Below the pieces are notes generated by a model. It did no database searches, was not told the origin of the DNA, and saw only the letters and a program-made list of their open reading frames with translations. 64,000 nucleotides of DNA from Candidatus Poseidoniaceae archaeon. Its GTDB lineage: Archaea > Thermoplasmatota > Poseidoniia > Poseidoniales > Poseidoniaceae. The stretch is taken from NCBI GenBank assembly GCA_028821785.1, contig JAPKFC010000002.1, positions 2,929 to 66,928 of the forward strand. The letters run 5' to 3'. Positions 18,756 through 28,223 of this stretch are shown here, piece by piece; the first letter of the stretch is position 1, and every line of letters starts with the position of its first letter. The position numbers were made by a program, and so were the translations under genes.

Positions 18756-21700
18756 GTGCAAACCAGCAGTTCTCTTAGGATGGCGCTGTGCTTAGTTGTG
18801 ATATTCGTATTGCAAAGTCTAAGCCCTATGCTTCACCCTACGGGTGAACAAACGGATGTATCCCAACTGGATTCAAGCCAAACCGAATGGGTTAGATTTG
18901 ATTTGGTGGATGGTGTATATTCAGATGCAGTTGGTGAATATGACTATACAAATTCTCTCGAAGATAGGCCAAATATCGCATCATCACGGATTGGCGATTT
19001 TGACCAATACGGATTCACAGCATCAAGACCATTGCCGATGGAATTGATGCAAGCTCGCCCAGACCTCTCGCTGTTGATAGTAGATGATTCAATACGAATG
19101 GAACAAGCAAGGCAACAATTGAATGATATTCAAGGATTAATGATTAGAGAATTGATTGCACCTTCAGGATTACTCATCCAAGGCACTTCAAATTCAATTC
19201 AGCAAGCAAGCGATGTGCAAGGTGTTGTCGCAACTCATCAAGTTCCATTAGCGCTCTTAATCGATGATGCAATATTGGATGTCATGATGCTAACCGATGG
19301 AACTGATGCCCTCCAAGGACAAGCGGTGAGGCTCGAAGGTTGGAGAGATGAATTAGGTCCGGTTGATTCTGTAGAATTAACAGACGAGCAAGGATTTACT
19401 ATTTTCCAGTCGCTTGAAGAAGTTTCCAAAGTAGGCTTATCTGAAATAATAAAATGGGATGAAGGGCGTTATGAAGGGCAGTTGAACAGTGAACAGATTG
19501 CGGAATTAATCATTCAACCGAGTGTTCGTTCATTCCGTTTTAACCCGCAATTTACTATTGATAATGATAACGCTCGCAGTAATATGAAAACTACTGTGAT
19601 GACATCATACTTTACTACTGATTTAGATGGTTCAGGGCAAATGGTTGCAGTTGCCGATTCGGGATTGGACGGAGATCATGGCGATTTTGGTACGAGAGTA
19701 GTTAGCAGTAATGATGTGATTGGAGATGGCTCTACTGCGGACACACATTCAGGCCATGGAACGCACGTCGCATGTACGGTTCTAGGCGACGGCACCCAAG
19801 GTGGTTATGCCGGTGTAGCACCAGCAGCGGAATTATATTTCCAAGCAATGGAGAATGATAATACCGGTAATTTCCAATCACCTTCTCTAAATTATTTGAT
19901 GAATACAGCATATAGTGCAGGAGCGCGAACCCACACCAATTCATGGGGTGCAAAGGATGCAAGTCAACAAGGAAAATATGATTCAGAAGCAGAGGATGTT
20001 GATGATAGGGCAAATTATTACGACAAATATTACAACGGTAGAGAGGGATTGACAATTCTATTTGCAGCAGGAAATGATGGGCCAGGGACTGGAACAGTAT
20101 CACCACCTGCTACTGCAAAAAATATACTTTCAGTCGGTAATCATCAAAATCGCTATTCAGGCGCACCTGACTCTTTGATGAGTAGTTCAAGCCGAGGGCC
20201 TACAGATGATGGCAGAATCAAACCGGACATCATAGCGCCTGGAGGATATGTTCGTTCATGTCGTGCTCAAGAAGCAACAGATACATCAGGTTCAACTTGG
20301 TCAAATAATTGGTATCTTGAGTATACTGGAACTTCTATGGCGACTCCAAATGCAGCAGGAGCTGCAGCGATGGTCAGAGAATACCTTGAGGAAATAGCAC
20401 AACGCCCAGCTCCTCAAGGTGCTTTGGTCAAGGCATTACTCGTTCTTGGCGCCCAAGACATAGGCACAAGGGATATTCCCAACAACGATGAAGGATGGGG
20501 GCGAATCAATCTTAGAGAAACTCTTGCGCCTCAAGGTGGACAAGGGATTTGGGTAGATGATAGGTCAGTGCTTTCAGGTTCAGGCAACTCAAAATCATAT
20601 ACATTTAATTTGACACAAAACAATGGTAAATTCAAGGTTGTTTTGACATGGTCCGATGAGAGAGGTTCTTCCTTTTCAACAAAGAAATTAGTCAATAATT
20701 TAGATTTGATCGTAACTTCTCCAGATGGGACCATCTACAAAGGAAATGATTTCGCTAACGGAGTTTCAACAACCGGTGGAAGTGCAGATGATACCAATAA
20801 TTTGGAAGTCGTATTACTAGATTATGCTATGAGTGGCGTCTGGACTGTTAAGGCAAAAAACACCTACCAAGGAGGTAGTTCAGCCCAGACTTATTCAATT
20901 GCAGTAATGGGGCATGGTGTCAATGATTTACGACCTGACCCAATGGTGATGGTAGATGATTTTTCAATGGATGTTAGCATTCCGCAAGTAGGCGATCAAG
21001 TTCATATAGAAACCAAAGTATTCAATGCCGGAAACGTTGAAGCCGAATCCTTTGACGTTGTCTTTTCAGTCAACGCAACAGAGATAACTCGTAAAAATAT
21101 CGATTTAGGTGCAGGATCTGCTAAGACATTATTCTGGACTTGGACCCCAGTGGCTTCTGGACAGACAACACTTACCTTCACAATAGACCCAGATGATGAT
21201 ATTGAAGAAATACTTGAAAATAATAACCAGCATAACATCGTGGTCAATGTTACTGCTCCAGGTGTGAAATTATCAAGTTCAACCCAAACTACATTTTTAG
21301 ATAACACTCAATCTTCTGCCACTTCATGGAATGTTTCTCTCACCAATACAGCATTGATATCAACCAATGCATCATTATTTGTTGATAATTTGATTCATGT
21401 TGAAAGTAATTTGGCTTTATCGTGGTATGTTGGTACGACACAAGCAAACCACTCACTTGAGGGTCAACAATCAACAGAAATAACAGTCACATTAGTTCAT
21501 CCAACCCCTCCAGACCCGGGTACATACCGGATTAGTTTAATCGGAATAGATGTTGATAATGGGGTAAATTATCCATATGCGCTGGACTTAGTAGTTCCAA
21601 GCCTATCGAAAGTAAATATTGAATATGATTATCAAATTGTTCCAGTGCATCCAGTCAATACGACGAGTATAGATGTTAGATTTTTCAATATTGGTAATGA

Positions 21701-23360
21701 TGATATTGGCTATGATCTATTCTTAGAAGCCCCAGCCGGATGGCAAGCAGGATTCGACGATTTGGGCAGTGAACCGGGTGCGATTTCCGGTTCAACCGGA
21801 TTGATTGGCCAGGATAGCCAGAAAAACCTCGGCATCACATTCACTCCTCCGCAAGTAATGACTGGAGCAGGTGCCGAAAGAATGGTCAAATTAACGGCAG
21901 TTTCACAGACCGAAAACCCAGTTTCCTATGTATATAATATTCCAATCAAAGTAATGGAAATAAGAGATATCGATATTGACTTACAAAATAATTTTGGAAA
22001 GATGAGGCCAGATTCGTCTCTCAGCCTAATGTTTAGCATCCAGAATAAAGGAAATATCGACCTAGATTTAACTCCATCAATACAATTACCAAGTGGTTGG
22101 CAATGGGCTTCATCAACCGATATCATAGAGTTAAATTGGGCATCGACCAGAAATATCATTGTAACGGTTAATTCACAGGGATCTGGAAAATCAGGAGAAA
22201 TTCAATTCAATCTTGACAATGGCTCAGATAGGTATTCTTGGACCGGATATATTGATGTTGAAATCTTAGCGCAACCAACATTGGATTTTGCTTCACTTCA
22301 ACTTGAAGATGGAACCTCGTATGGCCATCCATTGGGTACTGGTTCACATCCGAGTGGAGAGAGTCTTAACTTCACTTGGCTAGTAGGCAATAACGCAGAT
22401 GTTGATTGGGAGCCTTCAGTTTCAGTCATTCTAGACCCGGGATTATTCGGAGAGTGCCAAGATGTTGGGGTTGTAGGATATTTAGAATTCCAATTTCTAC
22501 AATGTTCGATTCTGATTTCAGGAAATATGGCTCCTAAAAGTGAACCTTCCTTCACAGTGATATTGGAAGGTAATGGGGTAGAATATGTCGAACAAGTAGG
22601 GTTGTATGTAGCGTCGGTAGAATCTGCTATATGGGATGCATCAAGAAATGAAAAGTTCGCAACAGGAGTGGTAGAGACGGTATCAATCGATGTAACAAAC
22701 TCCGGTAATGTAGCATGGTCGTACAAAATCCAAGCCATCGCATCCGAAAATTGGTATTGCGAAGTAATCGGCAATGATGTAATATCTCTTGAAGCGGGTC
22801 AGTCAAAGGTTGTTAGAATCAACGTGAGGGCAGATCGTCCAGGCGATGGAACAATAACATTGCAATTTGAACAATCTAATCCGCTTTCAAATCCGAGTGT
22901 ATCATTTGATGTTTCAGCAGAAGGAGAGCCTACTGGGACCTCTAGTGAATCATTCATCAATAACGGAGTTGCTATCGCCCTAATTCTAGTAATATTGTCA
23001 TTAATTGGAGTTGTATTGTACAGAAATAGTAAGTCCGAAAAGAAGAACTTACCGTCGATCAACAGCCTTACATCTTCATCAGCGAACCAATTAGCGGCAC
23101 CGATAGCAGCTCCTTTGCCGCAGACATTCAACCCTCAACCAATAATTGAGCCAATACAAGCGATTGAAGAAAAGCAAGAAAATGATTCCCAGCCAGTTAC
23201 AATGTGTTGGTTGTGTAAATCTCCAGTTACAGAGGATATTATCGGTTGTCCTTCTTGTGGCGCAAGGTATCACGGAGTTGCAATAGACGGCTGTGATATT
23301 TCACAATTAGAACACTGCGCAAACTGCCAAGCACTTGCCAGCGAATTCATCAAAGCATGA
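18756..23360 (+). CDS. subtilisin-like (S8) serine protease fused to multiple CARDB/Ig-like adhesion repeats, a TM helix and a cytoplasmic zinc-ribbon tail
   Basis: S8 catalytic triad motifs VAVADSGLDGDHGDF, HGTHVACTVLG and GTSMATPNAAGAAAMV. C-terminal TM helix (VAIALILVILSLIGVVLY), then CWLCKSP...CPSCG...CANCQ. GTG at 18756, or ATG at 18780, gives the signal peptide MALCLVVIFVLQ. Confidence 0.85.
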   Translation: MQTSSSLRMALCLVVIFVLQSLSPMLHPTGEQTDVSQLDSSQTEWVRFDLVDGVYSDAVGEYDYTNSLEDRPNIASSRIGDFDQYGFTASRPLPMELMQARPDLSLLIVDDSIRMEQARQQLNDIQGLMIRELIAPSGLLIQGTSNSIQQASDVQGVVATHQVPLALLIDDAILDVMMLTDGTDALQGQAVRLEGWRDELGPVDSVELTDEQGFTIFQSLEEVSKVGLSEIIKWDEGRYEGQLNSEQIAELIIQPSVRSFRFNPQFTIDNDNARSNMKTTVMTSYFTTDLDGSGQMVAVADSGLDGDHGDFGTRVVSSNDVIGDGSTADTHSGHGTHVACTVLGDGTQGGYAGVAPAAELYFQAMENDNTGNFQSPSLNYLMNTAYSAGARTHTNSWGAKDASQQGKYDSEAEDVDDRANYYDKYYNGREGLTILFAAGNDGPGTGTVSPPATAKNILSVGNHQNRYSGAPDSLMSSSSRGPTDDGRIKPDIIAPGGYVRSCRAQEATDTSGSTWSNNWYLEYTGTSMATPNAAGAAAMVREYLEEIAQRPAPQGALVKALLVLGAQDIGTRDIPNNDEGWGRINLRETLAPQGGQGIWVDDRSVLSGSGNSKSYTFNLTQNNGKFKVVLTWSDERGSSFSTKKLVNNLDLIVTSPDGTIYKGNDFANGVSTTGGSADDTNNLEVVLLDYAMSGVWTVKAKNTYQGGSSAQTYSIAVMGHGVNDLRPDPMVMVDDFSMDVSIPQVGDQVHIETKVFNAGNVEAESFDVVFSVNATEITRKNIDLGAGSAKTLFWTWTPVASGQTTLTFTIDPDDDIEEILENNNQHNIVVNVTAPGVKLSSSTQTTFLDNTQSSATSWNVSLTNTALISTNASLFVDNLIHVESNLALSWYVGTTQANHSLEGQQSTEITVTLVHPTPPDPGTYRISLIGIDVDNGVNYPYALDLVVPSLSKVNIEYDYQIVPVHPVNTTSIDVRFFNIGNDDIGYDLFLEAPAGWQAGFDDLGSEPGAISGSTGLIGQDSQKNLGITFTPPQVMTGAGAERMVKLTAVSQTENPVSYVYNIPIKVMEIRDIDIDLQNNFGKMRPDSSLSLMFSIQNKGNIDLDLTPSIQLPSGWQWASSTDIIELNWASTRNIIVTVNSQGSGKSGEIQFNLDNGSDRYSWTGYIDVEILAQPTLDFASLQLEDGTSYGHPLGTGSHPSGESLNFTWLVGNNADVDWEPSVSVILDPGLFGECQDVGVVGYLEFQFLQCSILISGNMAPKSEPSFTVILEGNGVEYVEQVGLYVASVESAIWDASRNEKFATGVVETVSIDVTNSGNVAWSYKIQAIASENWYCEVIGNDVISLEAGQSKVVRINVRADRPGDGTITLQFEQSNPLSNPSVSFDVSAEGEPTGTSSESFINNGVAIALILVILSLIGVVLYRNSKSEKKNLPSINSLTSSSANQLAAPIAAPLPQTFNPQPIIEPIQAIEEKQENDSQPVTMCWLCKSPVTEDIIGCPSCGARYHGVAIDGCDISQLEHCANCQALASEFIKA

Positions 23361-26311
23361 TGCCGCTAATTAAAAAACGCTCACATTTTTGGTTTTATTA
23401 CACATCTGAGCATAGCCTTATGATAGTGATGGCTTGTCCGGGAGTCATGGACTCCCGTGGAAATCAAACAAGGAAGCAGTCAAAGGCTGCAATTCTCTTA
23501 ATGGCTTTGCTATTATTTTCCATGGTCCCTGCCATGGTCCCAACCGCTTCTGCTGATGGGGCACGTGACGCTTCTATAATTGTCACAATAAGTCCAAATG
23601 GTCAAGATATAAATCCAGGTGAATCCGGAGAATATACAATTCGTGTTCGCAATACAGGTTCAGATCCAGTGACTGTCTCAATTCAATCAAGTGAAGAAGG
23701 AACTGCGGAATGTGGTCAATATTCATCACAAGCAGGCCAAATCTCAGGACCCATAGATGCTGGAACATTTGAAGAGACTACTATGAATGTAACTTTGACT
23801 CAAACAGCTGAGGAAAGTTGTGATACAACGGTCACCGTTTCCGCCGCTGACGGAGCAACACCACCAGGTGCACCTGCTCAAGAATCTTCAACAGTTACTA
23901 CAACTGCAGGGGATGGCTCAGGTAGTGCAGTATTCGGTGTTGACTTGAAGATGGCTTCCCCGTCAAAGGACTGGAGTGGAGAAAGCGTTGTGGAGTTTGA
24001 ACTTGAAGTTGAAAATACAGGTCAAACAAATGAAACAATCACTTTGACCACCAATGAGGCATCAGGCCCAGGTTGCTCTAATACAGGTGCGATAACCGTC
24101 ACTCTAAGTGAAACTTCTGTTTCAGTCGATTCTAACGAAAGTGAATTTGTTACCGTTTCAGTTGAAGTTCCAGAGGGTCAAGAAGCAGACAAATATTGCT
24201 GGGATATTGACGGTGATGTTAGCAACGACCCATCACAGGAGACAACCGATAACCAAGAATTTGATTTGACAGTTCCAGAGTTGCATGAATGTTCTATTTC
24301 CTTGACTAAGAATTCCATTACAGTTGCACCCGGTGCAGAAGGAAATCTAAAGGTCATGTTCGTCAATGAAGGAAATGTAGACTGGACCATATCTGTTGGA
24401 AAATCCGGTTCAAAGGCGGGATGGGTGAGTGTTGATGGCGCATCCTCAGGAATTATGGACGAGGGTAAAGAATTCGATTTGTTAGTCAATCCTGATGATT
24501 CTGTTGAAGCAGGTTCAGAATCTGTTGTAGCGATTCAAGGTAAAGATGGTAGTTCTGTTAAATGTACGAAAGATCTTAGAATCATCTTAGGCCAATCTCA
24601 TGACGCTTCAGCTTCACTTTCTAACTCATTAATGTCAAACATCGAACCAGGTGATAATGGCACTACCACTCTGGTAGTTACAAATCAAGGAAATGGTGCA
24701 GATACTTTCAGAATCTCTTCTTCTTCACCACCTCAGGGTTGGAGCGTTGAACTGTCAAAATCAACAATTTCACTTGGTTCAAAATACGGCAATGAAAGAA
24801 GCGGAGACATCGAGGTTCAAGTTAACGTTCCGTATAATGCGCTCGCAGATGAACAAGTAGACATTGTTCTAACAGTCCAATCCAACAACGGAGCAGTTAG
24901 TTTTGCTGATGTTACATTGGCGGTTACAGTAGCGGCCAATCATGATATGGAAGTTGAAACAAGTTCACCCGATCAAACCGGACGCTCTGATACGGAAGTT
25001 AGTTTCCCAATTACAATTGAAAACAGCGGCAACATAGAAGACACATTCCGTTGTGCAGTAATGTCACAAACAGCTACTCCTAATTGGGCGACATCATTCG
25101 AAGATGCCGATGGCAATAAATTCACTGAAATCAACATTGCACCTAGAAGTACAATGCTCGTGTACCTTGTAGTGAGTATTGATGGCGAAGAAGAATTAGA
25201 TAGCAGCAGATTAACCATTCGAATAACCAACAAAGATGATACTAATTCACAAGATCTGGATGATGATGGAATACCAGACAATCAAAGAGAATTAATTATG
25301 TTAGCAATCCAATCGGATAGAAATTATCAGATGGATCTCCGTTTAGATGATGGCGGTTTAGATGGACGTACTGGAATGGCTACTCTAGCCCCAGATGGCG
25401 TTAAAGAATACGGTGTATGGGTCAAAAATACGGGTGATGGAAAAGACTACGCTGTGTTTGAGATAAATGGGTTAGAAGGGATTGCAACTAGGACTTTGAG
25501 AATGAATGGATTAGTGGTAGTGGATCCGATTCAAATTCCTGTTGGATATGGGATTTGGAACCTGACAAGAGGGCAATTCGTCTTGGACGAATCCGCAACG
25601 CCAATCACCGAATCTAGCAAAAATGGCGTAGAATCAAGAATGCTAGAATTAGATTTGTTTGTCGGCCATGAAGCAAGGCCATTCGAACAATACTTTTTCC
25701 TCACAATAACCGTCAACCCGAGTGCCGAAACAGGCGATGGCGGTCTGTTGGAAATTGTGGTTATGAGTGAGTCGAATTCAGCCAATCGTTCTGGAAGAGT
25801 TTCAGTCGCATTAGACGTTCAAATCATCTATGAACTTACCTTTATGAATCAAGAAATGGATGAAGAAATAGTCGTAGAATACGAGGTTTCTTTCTCGGAA
25901 AAGACGCAATTTGAAATTGAATTGCACAACACTGGTAATATACGTTCTGAATTCCGAGTTTTCACTTCAGAGAATTTACGCGGATGGAGTGTATCTCTAG
26001 AGAACACAGACGAATGTAGCCGTGAAGGTGGGGAGATGGTATGTTGGATAGATGTAGATTCATCAATTCTTATCGAAGTAACCGTACGTCCGCCAAGCGA
26101 TGCTGAGATGGATGACACATTCAAATTCACACTCTCTTCTGAACCAGTAGAAACCGGTGTAGTAGATCGCCAAAACCTTGAGTTTACCATACACGGCGCA
26201 CAAGATTCGGGATTATTCGGTGATACGTTGAGCAATAACTCTACTTCGTTGATCGCAGGTGGATTAGCAATCTCATTATTAATTGCATATTTGATGCGTA
26301 AAAAGCCATGA
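23357..26311 (+). CDS. large secreted surface protein with CARDB-like repeats and a C-terminal TM anchor
   Basis: Signal peptide from internal Met (AILLMALLLFSMVPAMVPTASA). Repeated all-beta domains. The C-terminus LIAGGLAISLLIAYLMRKKP has a sorting-signal-like layout of TM helix plus basic tail. Confidence 0.7.
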   Translation: MMPLIKKRSHFWFYYTSEHSLMIVMACPGVMDSRGNQTRKQSKAAILLMALLLFSMVPAMVPTASADGARDASIIVTISPNGQDINPGESGEYTIRVRNTGSDPVTVSIQSSEEGTAECGQYSSQAGQISGPIDAGTFEETTMNVTLTQTAEESCDTTVTVSAADGATPPGAPAQESSTVTTTAGDGSGSAVFGVDLKMASPSKDWSGESVVEFELEVENTGQTNETITLTTNEASGPGCSNTGAITVTLSETSVSVDSNESEFVTVSVEVPEGQEADKYCWDIDGDVSNDPSQETTDNQEFDLTVPELHECSISLTKNSITVAPGAEGNLKVMFVNEGNVDWTISVGKSGSKAGWVSVDGASSGIMDEGKEFDLLVNPDDSVEAGSESVVAIQGKDGSSVKCTKDLRIILGQSHDASASLSNSLMSNIEPGDNGTTTLVVTNQGNGADTFRISSSSPPQGWSVELSKSTISLGSKYGNERSGDIEVQVNVPYNALADEQVDIVLTVQSNNGAVSFADVTLAVTVAANHDMEVETSSPDQTGRSDTEVSFPITIENSGNIEDTFRCAVMSQTATPNWATSFEDADGNKFTEINIAPRSTMLVYLVVSIDGEEELDSSRLTIRITNKDDTNSQDLDDDGIPDNQRELIMLAIQSDRNYQMDLRLDDGGLDGRTGMATLAPDGVKEYGVWVKNTGDGKDYAVFEINGLEGIATRTLRMNGLVVVDPIQIPVGYGIWNLTRGQFVLDESATPITESSKNGVESRMLELDLFVGHEARPFEQYFFLTITVNPSAETGDGGLLEIVVMSESNSANRSGRVSVALDVQIIYELTFMNQEMDEEIVVEYEVSFSEKTQFEIELHNTGNIRSEFRVFTSENLRGWSVSLENTDECSREGGEMVCWIDVDSSILIEVTVRPPSDAEMDDTFKFTLSSEPVETGVVDRQNLEFTIHGAQDSGLFGDTLSNNSTSLIAGGLAISLLIAYLMRKKP

Positions 26312-26466
26312 TTAGCGGCTCCATAGATTTAGAATACAAAATAATTGCTGAATGTGCTAAAAGGGATACTGAGCCGCTCTATGTAGGGGGCTCATTTGGT
26401 AACGCTTATGGGTGGTCTTCTAGTCGGACAAATCGCACAGCGTATGCGTTGTGCGGCGGTGATTAA

Positions 26467-26952
26467 ATGTCCGGCATAGAATCAGTTCCAAGTGCCTATC
26501 TGTCAATTGGCTTTTTGGCAATTCTTGGCATCATAATGCCGCTGACTAATTTCCTCATAACTTGGGTTATTAGGCCTAAGGTTGACCCCGCCCGACCCCA
26601 CATCACAAAATCATATCTTTTGGAAGGATACGAGGTTGACCACAGCCTCTATCCACGCCGTTTGACCACTTTTGAATGTGGTAGTGAGCCAGTTGGAGAT
26701 GCAATGATCCAATTTCACTTCCAATACTATTGGTATGCGATTATTTTCTTAGTTTTTGATGTCGCATTCATGTTCTTGGTGCTGGGTGGCATGGTAGTTG
26801 GTAATGCAACTTCACCAGAACTCGCAGAAAATAGCCGTGAGAGCGCAGTCGAAGATGCCAAGATGGCAATGATGATTCTAGCAATATTCTTCAGCACTAT
26901 GTCCGCTGGAGTTTGGTATGTATTCCGAAAGAGAGGGCGCATCTACATTTGA
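26467..26952 (+). CDS. nuoA: NADH-quinone oxidoreductase subunit A (ND3)
   Basis: FECGSEPVGDA...FHFQYYWYAIIFLVFDVAFMFL is the conserved NuoA core. Confidence 0.85.
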   Translation: MSGIESVPSAYLSIGFLAILGIIMPLTNFLITWVIRPKVDPARPHITKSYLLEGYEVDHSLYPRRLTTFECGSEPVGDAMIQFHFQYYWYAIIFLVFDVAFMFLVLGGMVVGNATSPELAENSRESAVEDAKMAMMILAIFFSTMSAGVWYVFRKRGRIYI

Positions 26953-26963
26953 GGTGAAATATT

Positions 26964-27557
26964 ATGTCTAATGATGGAGAAAATTTTGCAGCTTTCAACA
27001 GTAGGGCGTTAGTGGAAATGGTCGGCGACGTCACCGATGAAGCCCTAAAAGCGACCAAGATCAAACAATTCCTCGGAGTTTTAGCAGGACGATATTTCAA
27101 TTGGGCTGGCCGTAAATCATTATTTACACTGCATTTGGGAATCAAGTGCTGTGCTATTGAAATGGCGGCAGCAGCAACACCTAGGTTCGATGGTGACAGA
27201 TTCGGTGTTTTGTTCCGTTCATCCCCTCGTCAATCCGATGTATTGCTGGTCAATGGCCCGGTTTCAAAGAAGTTTGCTGACAAAATAGTTCGTCTATGGG
27301 AGCAAATGCCTGAGCCAAAATACTGTATCGCCATGGGTGAATGTGCAATTTCTGGTGGCCCATATTTCCAATCGTACAATATTCTAGAAGGCGTAGACAC
27401 GGTAATTCCAGTAGACGTATACATCCCTGGTTGCCCACCTCGTCCTGAGGCTTTAATCGATGGTTTTGGTTTACTCCGTGAAAAGATAATTCGTATTGGC
27501 GCTGCTCCAAGCACTGGCCGTGATGGAGAGAAGCCAGTTATTGTAGGAGAGGACTGA
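26964..27557 (+). CDS. nuoB: NADH-quinone oxidoreductase subunit B (PSST, N2 cluster)
   Basis: CCAIEM, GECAISGGPY and DVYIPGCPPRPEAL motifs. Confidence 0.95.
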   Translation: MSNDGENFAAFNSRALVEMVGDVTDEALKATKIKQFLGVLAGRYFNWAGRKSLFTLHLGIKCCAIEMAAAATPRFDGDRFGVLFRSSPRQSDVLLVNGPVSKKFADKIVRLWEQMPEPKYCIAMGECAISGGPYFQSYNILEGVDTVIPVDVYIPGCPPRPEALIDGFGLLREKIIRIGAAPSTGRDGEKPVIVGED

Positions 27558-27559
27558 CC

Positions 27560-28213
27560 ATGGGAATGCGAGTAACTCTTGAACAAAGTGATAGTGCAGC
27601 AGAATCCAGTGTTGCAGTTTTGAATGAACGTTTCTCAGGCAGTGGCATCGAATCCACCGTTGAGCACCATTCAAATTCCTTCAAGATGCCATTCGTTAGA
27701 ATTCATGCTACACCACAACATTGGTTAGCAGTTGCTAAATTCATGAAGTATGATCTATCTGTTAATTATTGTTCGATGGTAACGGGTACACACTTCCCAG
27801 ATGGTCCTGCTGAAAGAGGCTGGGAAGTCGCATACCACATGATGCGAATGCCAGTTTCAAATGTAAAACCACACACCAATACAACGCATGTCGCTGAGAA
27901 CTTGAGTGGTAGCGATATCCCGTTAGAGTTTGAAGTCCTTATCGCTATTGAACAAGGAGATGCACCAACAGTCCCTTCTATCCAAAGTATCTGGGTTGGC
28001 GCTGATTGGAATGAAAAAGAAACATGGGACTTAGTTGGCATCAATTTCGAAGGCCATGAAAACATGCACCGTGTCCTCAATCCACACGATAGCCCAGAAC
28101 AATTCCACCCGTTACAAAAGCAACACAAATTGCGATACCACGGATATAATGAAATGTACGACGACCCTCAAGGGTTTGGCCGTAAACCAGCGGACGAGGG
28201 CCGCAAAAAGTGA
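27560..28213 (+). CDS. nuoC: NADH-quinone oxidoreductase subunit C (30 kDa)
   Basis: Its position between nuoB and nuoD, and DLVGINFEGHENMHRVL similar to the NuoC C-terminal motif. Confidence 0.8.
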   Translation: MGMRVTLEQSDSAAESSVAVLNERFSGSGIESTVEHHSNSFKMPFVRIHATPQHWLAVAKFMKYDLSVNYCSMVTGTHFPDGPAERGWEVAYHMMRMPVSNVKPHTNTTHVAENLSGSDIPLEFEVLIAIEQGDAPTVPSIQSIWVGADWNEKETWDLVGINFEGHENMHRVLNPHDSPEQFHPLQKQHKLRYHGYNEMYDDPQGFGRKPADEGRKK

Positions 28214-28223
28214 GGTGAATATC

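Noticed and set aside
28035-28223. Upstream extension of nuoD to the 28035 start
   Set aside because: It overlaps the nuoC reading frame. The conserved NuoD N-terminus begins at ATG 28224 with a GAGGTGA RBS.
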